Part shown: in pieces, positions 38,919 through 49,294 of the stretch | Layout of the letters: every line of letters begins with the position of its first letter | Position numbering within the stretch: position 1 is the stretch's first letter | Source: Euryarchaeota archaeon UBA171 | GTDB taxonomy: Archaea; Thermoplasmatota; Poseidoniia; Poseidoniales; Thalassarchaeaceae | Length of the DNA stretch: 64,000 nucleotides | Assembly: GCA_002497295.1 (NCBI GenBank) | Contig: DANO01000029.1 | Location: 4,978-68,977, forward strand | Direction of reading: 5' to 3' | Position numbers and translations under genes: made by a program | The notes under the pieces: generated by a model | The model's input: the letters and a program-made list of their open reading frames with translations, nothing else | The model's database searches: none | Told to the model about the DNA's origin: nothing

Positions 38919-39875
38919 ATGGTTCGCGCAAGCGTCGAATACCGGTTGCCGCACGGAGCAATTATGGCGGCATCGGCGAGAATCGGTTTTCTCGGTCTCA
39001 AAGAGGACTGGTCACAAGTTCCCGATGTCTCTGTTATTCAGTTACCATTCGAAATGACAGTGAGTTATGGAACTGGTACCTCAATGGGTCCTTCAGCAAC
39101 GTTAGAAGCATCTTCACAAATAGAGACTTACTCGGATTATCTTGCAGATGATTTACCGGCTGGCATGAACATTAGAACCCTAGATGCATGGGAATTTGAA
39201 GGCCCAACTTTGATTTCTCATCTTGAATCGATTCAGAGTCATATCGAACAAGGAATAACTCATGGAGAGTTTCCAATCCTGCTTGGAGGGGAGCATGGGA
39301 TTCTTCTTCCTGCGCTAAAGGCCTGTGTCGAAGGAGGAATTTTGGAATCTTTGAATGATCTCACCTTAGTTCAGATAGATGCTCATGCCGATCTTCGTGA
39401 TGATTTAAACGGTGAGCGTTTTAGTCATGGAACGGTAGTCAGAAGATGTCTTGATGAGGGGCTCAGTCATGCTATTCAGATTGGAATCCGAGCCTATTCC
39501 TCGGATGAGGCTCGTATGATGGAATCAGATGATAGGATAACTGCATGGCGGGCTAGGGAAATTAAAGAAAATAAGCAGACAGTCCATTCTATTCTTGATT
39601 GCTTGTCGAACATAAACGGCCCCGTTTGGCTGAGTGTAGATGTTGATGCTTTAGATCCGTCAATTGTGCCCGGAACTGGGACGCCGGTACCGGGCGGGCT
39701 TGACTTCTGGCTTGTGAATCAGATCATAGAGGGCGTATTCGAGGGAGGCGGGCGCGTCATCGGTGCCGACATATCAGAGATTGCACCAGATGAATATGGA
39801 ATAACGCAATTTACAGCTGCCAGCCTTGCTACCTCGGTTCTCGCCTGCCACGTAAAGGCGAAGCGTGGGGTTTGA
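38919..39875 (+). CDS. speB: Agmatinase / ureohydrolase (arginase family)
   Basis: GGEHGI, DAHADLRDD and SVDVDALDP Mn-binding motifs; internal ATG avoids overlap with the upstream gene. Confidence 0.75.
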   Translation: MVRASVEYRLPHGAIMAASARIGFLGLKEDWSQVPDVSVIQLPFEMTVSYGTGTSMGPSATLEASSQIETYSDYLADDLPAGMNIRTLDAWEFEGPTLISHLESIQSHIEQGITHGEFPILLGGEHGILLPALKACVEGGILESLNDLTLVQIDAHADLRDDLNGERFSHGTVVRRCLDEGLSHAIQIGIRAYSSDEARMMESDDRITAWRAREIKENKQTVHSILDCLSNINGPVWLSVDVDALDPSIVPGTGTPVPGGLDFWLVNQIIEGVFEGGGRVIGADISEIAPDEYGITQFTAASLATSVLACHVKAKRGV

Positions 39876-39878
39876 AGG

Positions 39879-40289
39879 ATGTTCAGGGTCGAAAGGGGGG
39901 TTCCTTCTCCAGAGATTTTCCTCATGATTAGAAAGGCGGCAGGGATGGGGCCTAGATCAATGGAAGGTGCAACCATAGGATTGGGAAGAGAGTTGTGCTC
40001 AGTGGTTCTAAAGCTTGAAGAAAGCGGAAGAATTGTAGGAATGGGGCGAATTGTGGGAGATGGTGGGACTGTATTCCATATCTGCGATATGGCCGTTATT
40101 CCTGATTTTCAAAGACAAGGGGGAGGTACGATGGTAATGAATGAATTAATGCGTTACATCGAGGAAGAAGCTCCACCAAATACATACATCAATCTTCTAG
40201 CAGATGTGAGTGGTTTCTACGAACGCTGGGGTTTCAAACCATCTCGGCCATCCTCCACAGGCATGCATCTGAAGAGTGATTCTAAGTGA
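39879..40289 (+). CDS. GNAT-family N-acetyltransferase
   Basis: VIPDFQRQGGGTMVMNELMRYI acetyl-CoA-binding motif. Confidence 0.7.
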   Translation: MFRVERGVPSPEIFLMIRKAAGMGPRSMEGATIGLGRELCSVVLKLEESGRIVGMGRIVGDGGTVFHICDMAVIPDFQRQGGGTMVMNELMRYIEEEAPPNTYINLLADVSGFYERWGFKPSRPSSTGMHLKSDSK

Positions 40290-40326
40290 ACAGAATGGTG
40301 TGTTTCAATAGTAAGCACATGGGGGG

Positions 40327-40977
40327 ATGTGTGTGGCGGATGAAGCCGTAACGCTTGACGTTGGCGGGATGACCTGTGATGGCTGCGCCGGAAAGGTTCG
40401 TAACGCGCTCGAAAGCGTATCCGGAGTCTTATCTGCTGTGGTGTCTCATGAATCGGGCTCGGCCGTCGTTTCACACTCCGGAATCTCTCGGAATTTGATG
40501 GCCGATGCTGTCCGCGAAATCGGCTATACCGTAGACGGCCGTGCTGAGGAGTTTCACTGGCGAGATGGTTCTGTTTGGAATCAGTCTGCCTACAATACAA
40601 TGTGGTGCTTAATCGGTTGTAGCATCGGGGATCTTGGAACCATCGCCTATTTCCAATTTGTTTGGACAGATTCAGGGTGGACAACCATGGCAATCATGAT
40701 GCTAGCCATAATGAATGGATTGTTGACTTCAATTGCGCTTGAAACCGTGATACTGCTGAAGCAACTTCCCTTCCGAAATGCATTGCGAACCGCAGCTGGC
40801 ATGTCATTGATTTCCATGATCGCGATGGAAGCTGCGATGAATATCACAGATATTGTGTTGACAGGTGGTGCCATGTTGACATGGTACGCCATTATCCCGA
40901 TGTGGATTGCTGGGTTCCTGACGCCCTGGCCATACAACTACTGGCGTCTGAAGAAATACGGTGTGGCATGTCATTGA
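40327..40977 (+). CDS. Heavy-metal-associated (HMA) domain fused to a 4-TM membrane domain
   Basis: GMTCDGCAGKVRNALESVSGV (MxCxxC) followed by a hydrophobic C-terminal half. Confidence 0.5.
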   Translation: MCVADEAVTLDVGGMTCDGCAGKVRNALESVSGVLSAVVSHESGSAVVSHSGISRNLMADAVREIGYTVDGRAEEFHWRDGSVWNQSAYNTMWCLIGCSIGDLGTIAYFQFVWTDSGWTTMAIMMLAIMNGLLTSIALETVILLKQLPFRNALRTAAGMSLISMIAMEAAMNITDIVLTGGAMLTWYAIIPMWIAGFLTPWPYNYWRLKKYGVACH

Positions 40978-41004
40978 TTCTAACCGTGTTTTAGTTATTC
41001 AGAC

Positions 41005-42387
41005 ATGCAAACGGTTCTAGGTGTTAGCCCCCATAGCGGCGCTATGCGCCGCTGGGTTACCGCACTCGTTGTGGGGTCAATGCTCGCAGTTTCTGCTGCG
41101 CCCGTGGCAACTGCGCAGTTTGGTCAGCCCGACATTGTCCAGGAGCACTGGTATCATTCCTATACAACACTGACATTGGATCTCAATGAATGGGCGGATG
41201 ATTACCCGGAAATAGTCAATCTATTCAGTATAGGAAAAACGGAGTTGGGAAGAGAAATATGGATGTTGCAGATCTCTGATTGGAGCATAGAAACCAAACC
41301 AGATGGAACGGCGAAAGATGTGGCATATATTGATGGGGGCCATCATGGAAACGAACATCTTGGAACTGAATTGGCTTTCCTTGTGGCAGAATACTATATC
41401 GAAGGTTGGGGCGATGAAGAGCAGGATGTAATCGACGTTTTGACCAATACGGAATTGCATATCGTGATTATGCTAAACGCAGATGGCAATGACTTCGATA
41501 CTAGATGGAATGTGAATCAAGTGGATCTGAATAGAAATTATGACCATTATTGGAATACCTGTCCAACGACTCAGCCGGGGAGTAGTGCGTTTAGTGAATC
41601 TGAAACTCTCGCGAATTCGATATACATGAATGATGTTGTGCCTCATGCTGATTTGTACATCACCATGCACACGGGCGTGTGGATCATGCTCTACCCTTGG
41701 GGTAAATGGCCAGACCAACCTTCGGATTGGGAGATGTATCATTTCATAAAAGAAGAAATTAATGCCAATATTTCTGATATACCCATCCGGAATGCCAATC
41801 AGGGATTATATCCAAACTGCGGTACAAGCAGAGATTACGGGTATGGAGTGATGGGATATCCTACGTTTACCTTTGAGACAGATGATGAGCAATTTCTTCT
41901 TGGTACGGTAGAGGCCCTCTCAGATAGATTGGAAGAAGAGCTTGATGTTATGCGATATCTAATTCAGAATATTTGGTTCTGGCGTGCTCGCTTGGTTGTA
42001 GAGGAGGTCGAAATCAACGAAGGGGAGGTAAAATCCCATATTGTGAACTTAGGGTACGCCAGTACATCCAATGCAACACTACAGTACATCAGTTCCAATG
42101 GAGATTTATTGTGGAACTCGTCAAGCTTCGGTGTCAACGCGACTAATGAGACAAATGTGGCCTTCGGTAGCGAAGGTCTTGCTATCGTAGACGGTGGGTC
42201 TTGGAGTATAAGTTATCAGAAGAGGGTGATTGATGCTTCGATGTGGGTAAATGAGGTAGTTGACGAAGACGTAGTAGACTGGACTGGCAAGGATTCCGGT
42301 GGTTTTCTTCCAACTCCCTCGGTATTTGTCTTATTCATCGCCTTCGCTCTTGCTGCTATTGGTGGAAGAAATAGCAGATTAGAATGA
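41005..42387 (+). CDS. M14-family zinc carboxypeptidase, secreted with a C-terminal TM anchor
   Basis: Signal peptide; HHGNEHLGTE and NRNYDHYW zinc-ligand motifs; C-terminal VFVLFIAFALAAIGGRNSRLE. Confidence 0.8.
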   Translation: MQTVLGVSPHSGAMRRWVTALVVGSMLAVSAAPVATAQFGQPDIVQEHWYHSYTTLTLDLNEWADDYPEIVNLFSIGKTELGREIWMLQISDWSIETKPDGTAKDVAYIDGGHHGNEHLGTELAFLVAEYYIEGWGDEEQDVIDVLTNTELHIVIMLNADGNDFDTRWNVNQVDLNRNYDHYWNTCPTTQPGSSAFSESETLANSIYMNDVVPHADLYITMHTGVWIMLYPWGKWPDQPSDWEMYHFIKEEINANISDIPIRNANQGLYPNCGTSRDYGYGVMGYPTFTFETDDEQFLLGTVEALSDRLEEELDVMRYLIQNIWFWRARLVVEEVEINEGEVKSHIVNLGYASTSNATLQYISSNGDLLWNSSSFGVNATNETNVAFGSEGLAIVDGGSWSISYQKRVIDASMWVNEVVDEDVVDWTGKDSGGFLPTPSVFVLFIAFALAAIGGRNSRLE

Positions 42388-42391
42388 TAAT

Positions 42392-44014
42392 TTGAATCTG
42401 TATATAGTTGATTATCATTTCAAAGTTAATTTTTCTAGGCAATTATTTGTATATCATTACAAAATCCACAAATTCAGTGATATTGTGAATTGGTCAAATC
42501 TTGAATTCAATGAAACCTGCGAACAACTACTGATACCTCTTTTCCAAGGAGTCACTCGAGCACCCAACAATGCACTATCTGGTCTGGGGCGTAGTCAAAG
42601 AAATCTAGTCAGAGAAGCCATCTCTTCGAATGATTTTGAGGGGAAGGAAGGAGAAAATATGGTTGTGTGGACGCCGGGATGCAGAGTTATGCTTGTCGGA
42701 ATGGGTGAGAAGAGCGCGATTAATCATGATCTTGCACGAATGACCGGCGCCCGTGTAATGGGCTCACTTTCAAAGAAAAACGGACTATCCGTATGTGTTA
42801 GATTCACTTCGGGTTGGTCCGGTGGTCGTATGGTCGATTTTGCAGAAGGGATGATGCTGCGAGACTATGAATTCATTGAACATCAAGATATTGGAGAAGA
42901 CCATATCCTGGCTCCTTGGTCGGTTCAATTCCAAGCCAGTACCAGATATCAAGATCATCTCAAGGAGGGTCTTTCCAAGTCACATGCTTTGGTCAAGGGA
43001 GTACATCTAGCACGTGACCTTGGTAATGAGCCGGCTAACGTTCTATACCCAATGGAATACGCCCATAGAGCACAAAAATGGGCAGATGATAAAGAAAATG
43101 TTGTAGTTGAGGTATACGACTGGGATAAGCTCAACGAACTAGGCATGGGGGGATTGATCAACGTAGGCAAAGGGAGTGATAGGAAACCCTGCATGGTCCT
43201 CTTCACCCTCAATCCTGATGCAGACAAGGATATTCGTCGACCATGTATCGTAGGGAAGGGGATTACTTTCGATACAGGGGGTATTTCCATCAAACCAACG
43301 AGCGGTATGTGGGACATGAAATATGATATGTGTGGTGCTGCCACTGTTTTCGGTCTGATGGAGGCCCTGTACTCTACTGGCTACGGTCGTAGAGTAAACG
43401 GAATAGCGTGTTTGGCAGAGAATATGCCCGGATCTGGGGCATATAGGCCTGGAGACGTATTCAAGACATATTCTGGAAAAACTGTGGAGGTCTTCAGTAC
43501 AGACGCCGAAGGCAGGAATGTTTTGGCTGATGGACTTTGCAAGGCAGGAGAGTTCGATCCTGAATTCATTGTAGATTTAGCAACCCTCACAGGTGCGGTA
43601 GTGGTCGCTTTAGGCAATCAGATAACCGGAATGTGGGGCAATGATTCTGCACTTGTTAAGAGGGTCGAATCGGCTGCCTCATTATCTGGGGAACCAGTCT
43701 GGGAAATGCCTCTGAATGACCAATTCAAGAGATACATGACAGATTCAGCGTTCGCGGACATAAGAAATGGTTCAATTGGAGGAAGGGCCGGTTCATCTAA
43801 TGGCGCGGCGGCTTTCTTGGAGTTCTTCGTCCCATCTAGGGAAGAGAATGGGGGCTCTTCGAAAATACCATGGGTGCATTTGGATATCGCAGGAACTGCA
43901 TGGGGCCCCGGTTCCAAGGCTCGGACGGAGCGCGAGAATCCATTCTTCCAGTTTGGTACATCGGGAGTGCATGTAAGGACCCTGCATCGTCTTATCACAA
44001 GCGATGACCGTTGA
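42392..44014 (+). CDS. pepA: M17 leucyl aminopeptidase
   Basis: VGKGITFDTGGISIKP and MKYDMCGAA motifs; the true start may be downstream of the listed Met. Confidence 0.8.
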   Translation: MNLYIVDYHFKVNFSRQLFVYHYKIHKFSDIVNWSNLEFNETCEQLLIPLFQGVTRAPNNALSGLGRSQRNLVREAISSNDFEGKEGENMVVWTPGCRVMLVGMGEKSAINHDLARMTGARVMGSLSKKNGLSVCVRFTSGWSGGRMVDFAEGMMLRDYEFIEHQDIGEDHILAPWSVQFQASTRYQDHLKEGLSKSHALVKGVHLARDLGNEPANVLYPMEYAHRAQKWADDKENVVVEVYDWDKLNELGMGGLINVGKGSDRKPCMVLFTLNPDADKDIRRPCIVGKGITFDTGGISIKPTSGMWDMKYDMCGAATVFGLMEALYSTGYGRRVNGIACLAENMPGSGAYRPGDVFKTYSGKTVEVFSTDAEGRNVLADGLCKAGEFDPEFIVDLATLTGAVVVALGNQITGMWGNDSALVKRVESAASLSGEPVWEMPLNDQFKRYMTDSAFADIRNGSIGGRAGSSNGAAAFLEFFVPSREENGGSSKIPWVHLDIAGTAWGPGSKARTERENPFFQFGTSGVHVRTLHRLITSDDR

Positions 44015-44098
44015 AAATGGTTGAAAACCTGTATATTTGATAGATTCTGCATTATATCCGGGCATGTTCTATACGTTGAACGGAGTTTTGCAGGTTAC

Positions 44099-45073
44099 AT
44101 GAATGGGTCGTCCAAGGTGTTTATTGCTTGCCTGCTCACAGTAGTAGTTCTTTCATCGAGTGTGGCCGCTCAAGACGCTGAGGAGAGTGTGGAAGAGGAG
44201 TCCAACATTATCATCGATTATGTTCTTCCGCTCTCTTTAGCGTATATCATGTTCTCACTAGGACTGGGTTTGAAAGTATCTGACTTTGGTCTTATTTTGA
44301 GTGAGCCGAAGGCATTTGCAGTGGGATTGGGGAACCAGATGGTTGTCCTGCCGTTAGCAGGATTTGGCATAGCAAGCATCTTCGATTTATCTGGAGAGAT
44401 GGCGGTCGGCCTAATGATTCTAGCTTGTTGTCCGGGAGGTGTGACATCCAATATTCTGACAAAACTAGCAGGGGGCGACACCGCTCTATCAATTTCATAT
44501 ACCGCAGTTGTGAGTGTTGTATCCGTAATCACACTTCCACTCATAGTTGGTCTCTCAATGGATCATTTCATGGGTACTGCGTCGCCAAATATCGAAATCT
44601 TCGAGTTGGGAGTAACGATGTTTCTTCTGACTACTGTTCCTGTAATGATTGGAATGTTAATACGCAGATATTCAGAGACCTCTGCTGATGGTATTGAACC
44701 ATTAATCGGAAAAATCGCGGCTGTTCTTTTCATCATAATCGTCATTGCGGCTATTGCAAGCGAATTTGACACTCTGATGGAAAATATTGGGGCGCTTGGT
44801 CCGGCAGTTGTTATACTCAATATTCTGATGCTTGGAATAGGTTGGAAGAGTGCAACGGTTCTTGATCTTGAAAATAATCAGGCAACAACTGTTTCGATAG
44901 AGAGTGGCATACAGAATGCAACCGTGGGCATTACGGTAGGGGGCCTTATACTGGCTCCCGAGGCGGGTGCAACCCTATCTGTGCTGAGTCTTCCATCAGG
45001 AGTCTATGGCGTTATGATGTACTTCGTCATAGCACCATTCCTCTATTGGAGGATTAGTATGTCGAAGATGTGA
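44099..45073 (+). CDS. Bile acid:sodium symporter (BASS)-family transporter
   Basis: Polytopic protein with LACCPGGVTSNILT-type motif; internal ATG chosen. Confidence 0.55.
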   Translation: MNGSSKVFIACLLTVVVLSSSVAAQDAEESVEEESNIIIDYVLPLSLAYIMFSLGLGLKVSDFGLILSEPKAFAVGLGNQMVVLPLAGFGIASIFDLSGEMAVGLMILACCPGGVTSNILTKLAGGDTALSISYTAVVSVVSVITLPLIVGLSMDHFMGTASPNIEIFELGVTMFLLTTVPVMIGMLIRRYSETSADGIEPLIGKIAAVLFIIIVIAAIASEFDTLMENIGALGPAVVILNILMLGIGWKSATVLDLENNQATTVSIESGIQNATVGITVGGLILAPEAGATLSVLSLPSGVYGVMMYFVIAPFLYWRISMSKM

Positions 45074-45074
45074 T

Positions 45075-46943
45075 TCAATCCTCATCTTCAACGACTTCGA
45101 AATCCGCTTCGTGGACTCCTTCATCTGATTCGTCTTCTTGATTGTCTTCTTCCATATCCTTGGCTGCAGCTTCGTATATTTTGATGGAAAGAGCCTGCAT
45201 GAGTCCTTCTAACTCGCTTATCTTGGACTGCACTCCGGCTTCATCGATTTCATCCGCATCGATTGGGACATCTCCATTCGTGACCATTGATTCGAGTTCA
45301 TTTAGCTTCTCCAAAACTGGTTCTGTATCTTCTTCCTCGAGCTTATCGCCGGCTTCTTCAATAGTTTTTCGAGTTTGATATACTATGCTCTCAGCCTGGT
45401 TCTTTAGTTCGACTCGTGCCTTCCTCTTACGGTCTTCGTCGGCAAATTCTTCAGCCTCTTCAATCTTAGATTTAATCTCGTCTTCACTCAGAGATGTTTG
45501 GCTCTCTATGGTGATTTTTTGTTCCTTTCCTGTACCGAGATCTTTCGCTGAAACATTCACGATTCCATTCGCATCTATATCGAATGTGACTTCGATCTGC
45601 GGTATCCCCCTGGGTGCAGCGGGTATCCCTGTAAGATGGAATTTTCCGAGAGTGATATTGTCTTTAGCGAACTGTCTCTCTCCTTGGAGAACATGAACCT
45701 CGACAGCAGGCTGGTTATCGGCAGCAGTGGAGAATGTCTCCGATCGCTTGCTTGGTATGGTGGTGTTCCGCTCGATCATCGTAGTCATGACTCCGCCTAG
45801 AGTCTCGATTCCAAGCGTAAGGGGCGTGACGTCCAGAAGGAGTACGTCGGTGACACCAGAATCTCCAACGATTATTCCAGCCTGAAGAGCTGCTCCCATG
45901 GCGACTGCCTCGTCGGGGTTAACACCCTTGAACGGAGCTTTGCCGACCTCTTGCTCAATTGCAGATTGAACGGCGGGGACGCGAGTGGATCCGCCTACCA
46001 GAATCACCTTGTCGACCTTGCCCTTAGATACTCCTGCATCCTTCATGGCTTGGCGTGTAGGTGAAAGCGTCCTTGAGATCAATGGCTCGATTAGTTCCTC
46101 GAACTTGGACTTCGATAGTGTGATGTCAAGATGCTCGGGCTGACCGTCCCGACTTGTAATAAATGGCAGATTAACCTGAGCAGAGCCAGAGCCTGAAAGC
46201 TCTATTTTTGCTTTCTCTGCGTTTTCACGAAGTCTGCTCATAGCCTGTGAATCAGCGGATAAATCGATGCCGGTGTCTTTCTTGTACTCATCAACAAGCC
46301 ATGTGATGATGACCTCGTCGAAGTCATCCCCTCCAAGCCTGTTGTCTCCGGAAGTCGCCTTCACTTCTATCTGTGGCTGACCATCGACTTGATAGATTTC
46401 AAGAACAGAAACATCGAATGTCCCTCCCCCGAGATCGTATACTAAGATGGTCTGATCTTCTTCTTTATTCACTCCATATGCGAGTGCCGCTGCGGTGGGC
46501 TCGTTGATTATTCTAAGAACTTCTAATCCTGCAATTCGTCCTGCATCTTTAGTCGCCTTCCTCTGGGCATCGGTAAAATATGCGGGGCATGTAATCACGG
46601 CTTTCTTGATTTCCTGGCCGAGATATGCTTCTGCATCCGCCTTCAGTTTCTGTAGAATGAATGCTGACATTTCTTGAGGGGTGTATGTGGAGTCATCGAT
46701 TTCAGATGACCAATCAGTTCCCATCTCTCGCTTGACCGACAAGATGGTTCGGTCCGCATTAGTCACAGCCTGACGCTTTGCAGTAATTCCGATGTGGCGC
46801 TCTCCATCTTTGGCGAAGGCTACTACGCTTGGGGTGGTTCGTGCTCCTTCCGAATTTGGGATTACGACGGCTTGGCCTCCCTCCAGAGTTGCCACGCAGC
46901 TGTTGGTTGTTCCTAGATCAATTCCGATAACAGGTGTGCTCAT
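45075..46943 (-). CDS. dnaK: Molecular chaperone DnaK (Hsp70)
   Basis: [23 protein letters not shown] and the acidic EEVD-like C-terminus. Confidence 0.95.
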   Translation of the reverse strand: MSTPVIGIDLGTTNSCVATLEGGQAVVIPNSEGARTTPSVVAFAKDGERHIGITAKRQAVTNADRTILSVKREMGTDWSSEIDDSTYTPQEMSAFILQKLKADAEAYLGQEIKKAVITCPAYFTDAQRKATKDAGRIAGLEVLRIINEPTAAALAYGVNKEEDQTILVYDLGGGTFDVSVLEIYQVDGQPQIEVKATSGDNRLGGDDFDEVIITWLVDEYKKDTGIDLSADSQAMSRLRENAEKAKIELSGSGSAQVNLPFITSRDGQPEHLDITLSKSKFEELIEPLISRTLSPTRQAMKDAGVSKGKVDKVILVGGSTRVPAVQSAIEQEVGKAPFKGVNPDEAVAMGAALQAGIIVGDSGVTDVLLLDVTPLTLGIETLGGVMTTMIERNTTIPSKRSETFSTAADNQPAVEVHVLQGERQFAKDNITLGKFHLTGIPAAPRGIPQIEVTFDIDANGIVNVSAKDLGTGKEQKITIESQTSLSEDEIKSKIEEAEEFADEDRKRKARVELKNQAESIVYQTRKTIEEAGDKLEEEDTEPVLEKLNELESMVTNGDVPIDADEIDEAGVQSKISELEGLMQALSIKIYEAAAKDMEEDNQEDESDEGVHEADFEVVEDED

Positions 46944-46961
46944 TCTTCAATCATCCCCTAA

Positions 46962-47585
46962 TTATTCCATCCTCAGTGTCACATCAAGGATGCCATTGTT
47001 TAGACTCCATTCCTCGATACGACTGGCTGCGAAGGGAATAGAGAAACCTCTGAGAGGATTGAGGAGGTTATGCCTCAATAATTCGATTATTCTTCCACCA
47101 TCGGCTAATGCGAGGTCGACCGACCCATCATCTGCCTCCGGGATAGAGGTGACATCAATCATCACATTGGCTAGCCCGTCCTCATGGATGAAATCTGTAT
47201 CGGGGATCTCAATGAGTCTGTTATCTTCCCTTGGCTCGGTTACAACTTCTACCTGCTCGCTGGGCGTATTTTTTGAGGATTTCACAGATACCTCGAATCC
47301 CATCTTTGAGAGCATGTCTGCAAAGCCTCCTGGACCGGACATCATAGCCTCAATATTCTTCCTAATCTCCTCAGGATCCCCTTTTCCATTCAGAGTGATA
47401 TCCGTCTTGGATAGGGATTTAGAGTCGATTCCCATTCGTTCAAAATGCTCCTCTAACTGATTCATCATATTCTCCAGCATTTCCATATCCATGGGTATAC
47501 CCATCTGTTCGAATACCTTAGACATCTCACGTATGATGTCTCTTTCCCAGTTGTTTTCTTCAGAGGTCATTGTATCACTAATCAA
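46962..47585 (-). CDS. grpE: Nucleotide exchange factor GrpE
   Basis: Sits directly upstream of dnaK on the same strand; GrpE-like length and C-terminal beta domain. Confidence 0.8.
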   Translation of the reverse strand: MISDTMTSEENNWERDIIREMSKVFEQMGIPMDMEMLENMMNQLEEHFERMGIDSKSLSKTDITLNGKGDPEEIRKNIEAMMSGPGGFADMLSKMGFEVSVKSSKNTPSEQVEVVTEPREDNRLIEIPDTDFIHEDGLANVMIDVTSIPEADDGSVDLALADGGRIIELLRHNLLNPLRGFSIPFAASRIEEWSLNNGILDVTLRME

Positions 47586-47698
47586 CCATTGGTTGTATAG
47601 TCGATGATGGGGGTGGTATATGAATCCCCCGTAGTAGTATAAATGATAGAACTTCGAAGGAGAGGTTCCTTGATATTAGCGAAGATACTCGTATCGTC

Positions 47699-49294
47699 GT
47701 GTCCTCCCCTGACGAAGACCTCACCCTCCAAGATACAGACAGGGTAACAGGTAGGGCTGCGCTAGTTGGAAATGCAAGGGCTGCTTTGGCCGTAGCAGCT
47801 GCTGTGAGGTCGACATTAGGCCCAAAAGGGATGGACAAGATGCTCATTGATCAGAATGGAGAAGTTCTGATTACTAATGACGGGGCTACGGTTTTAGATA
47901 CGGCCAAGGTAGAACATCCAACTGCGAAACTAGTGATTGAAACGAGTATCACACAGGATCGAGTGGCAAGAGATGGGACGACTACTTCCATACTGATATT
48001 AGCAGAATTACTCAGAAATGCACTCGAGCTTTCCAGATCTGGACTTCATCCGACAATAATTGCTGATTCGTACAGATCCGCATATTCGATGTGCATGAAA
48101 GAAATAGATTCGATTGCGAGGCCCATCACCTCTGATGAAGATGTGCGGTACATTGTATCAACCTGCATAGGGCAGAAAATCGATTCGTCCATGCTCGATT
48201 TAGTATGCATGCTCGCATTGGATGCTTCTGAATCGATTGAGGTGAATGATCCAGAGGGAGAACGGATTTTGGTTAAACGGATTTCTCTAGAAGAGGGTGC
48301 AGTCACAGATACAGAACTTGTTTCTGCCTTCGTTACCAGGAAGCAGAGATTTGACAAATCTATGCCAAATCATGGAGGAAGTTGCTCTATTGCGGTGATT
48401 GATGGGGGTCTTGAGGTACCGGAACTAGAATTCGATGCTGAGCTTGAGATAAGTTCGTTGGGGGTCAGAGAAGGATTTACTCAGCGAAAGAGGAAGAAAT
48501 TGGAGGGTCTTGTTTCACATCTTGAGTCTCTCGGAGTTGGAATTCTGGCTGTGCGGGACGGTATAGACGAAGAAGCACAGAGCATGCTCAGGAAAGCAGG
48601 CATCAATTGCTTCAGGAGATTCGACAAGGAAGATCTGAACAGGCTCTCCCAGATAACAGGGGCCATGATTGTCCGATCTATTGAAGTCACTGAAAGTACG
48701 CATCTTGGGCGTTGTGATTCATGGAAAGAGCGTAAAGTATCAGGTGTTCACTATCTGCATGTAGTATCAAATTCTGGTCGAGGGAAGACTCTTCTCGTCA
48801 GAGGTTCAACTCCTGCTCTTAGAGATGAAGTCGTTCGGACTTTCGATGATGCACTCGGAGTTGCAGTTAGAGTCTCCGGGACTGCGCCTATGCTCCCCGG
48901 AGGAGGCTCGACATGGAGTCACCTTGCACGCATGCTTAGGAATGAGGCGAGTAAGTATGCAGGGAAGAGGCAATTGGCTGTTGAAGGATTTGCAGATGCC
49001 CTGGAAACCATCCCTCGGGTCCTTGCACAGAATTCAGGCCATGATCCAATAGACAGGATTCTTGAACTGTCTGCTGCACAGACGAAGGATGGTCCATGGG
49101 TTGGTTTCGATTTAATGACTGATAATCTCGTGAGTCTCGATTCGATTGGAATAATAGATCTTCGACTGGTTGTTGAGAATGCATTGTCTGGAGCTACTGA
49201 GGGCGCTATATCGGTACTCAGGATCGATGATGTCCTGTGGGCCAAGGTCGAGCCAGGGGAGCCTGACTGGAATCAAGACGAGGATGAAGATTGA
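47699..49294 (+). CDS. ths: Thermosome subunit (group II chaperonin)
   Basis: LGPKGMDKMLID, ITNDGATVLD and RDGTTT motifs; GTG start. Confidence 0.9.
   Translation: MSSPDEDLTLQDTDRVTGRAALVGNARAALAVAAAVRSTLGPKGMDKMLIDQNGEVLITNDGATVLDTAKVEHPTAKLVIETSITQDRVARDGTTTSILILAELLRNALELSRSGLHPTIIADSYRSAYSMCMKEIDSIARPITSDEDVRYIVSTCIGQKIDSSMLDLVCMLALDASESIEVNDPEGERILVKRISLEEGAVTDTELVSAFVTRKQRFDKSMPNHGGSCSIAVIDGGLEVPELEFDAELEISSLGVREGFTQRKRKKLEGLVSHLESLGVGILAVRDGIDEEAQSMLRKAGINCFRRFDKEDLNRLSQITGAMIVRSIEVTESTHLGRCDSWKERKVSGVHYLHVVSNSGRGKTLLVRGSTPALRDEVVRTFDDALGVAVRVSGTAPMLPGGGSTWSHLARMLRNEASKYAGKRQLAVEGFADALETIPRVLAQNSGHDPIDRILELSAAQTKDGPWVGFDLMTDNLVSLDSIGIIDLRLVVENALSGATEGAISVLRIDDVLWAKVEPGEPDWNQDEDED

Noticed and set aside
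40217-40693. 158-aa minus-strand ORF overlapping the HMA-membrane gene
   Set aside because: It is His/Arg/Ser-rich and low-complexity, fully antisense to a gene with a clear motif, and has no RBS, so it is very likely spurious. The same reasoning applies to antisense ORFs inside dnaK (45142.., 45385..), glpX (13153.., 13239..), the biotin carboxylase gene and the PfkB gene.
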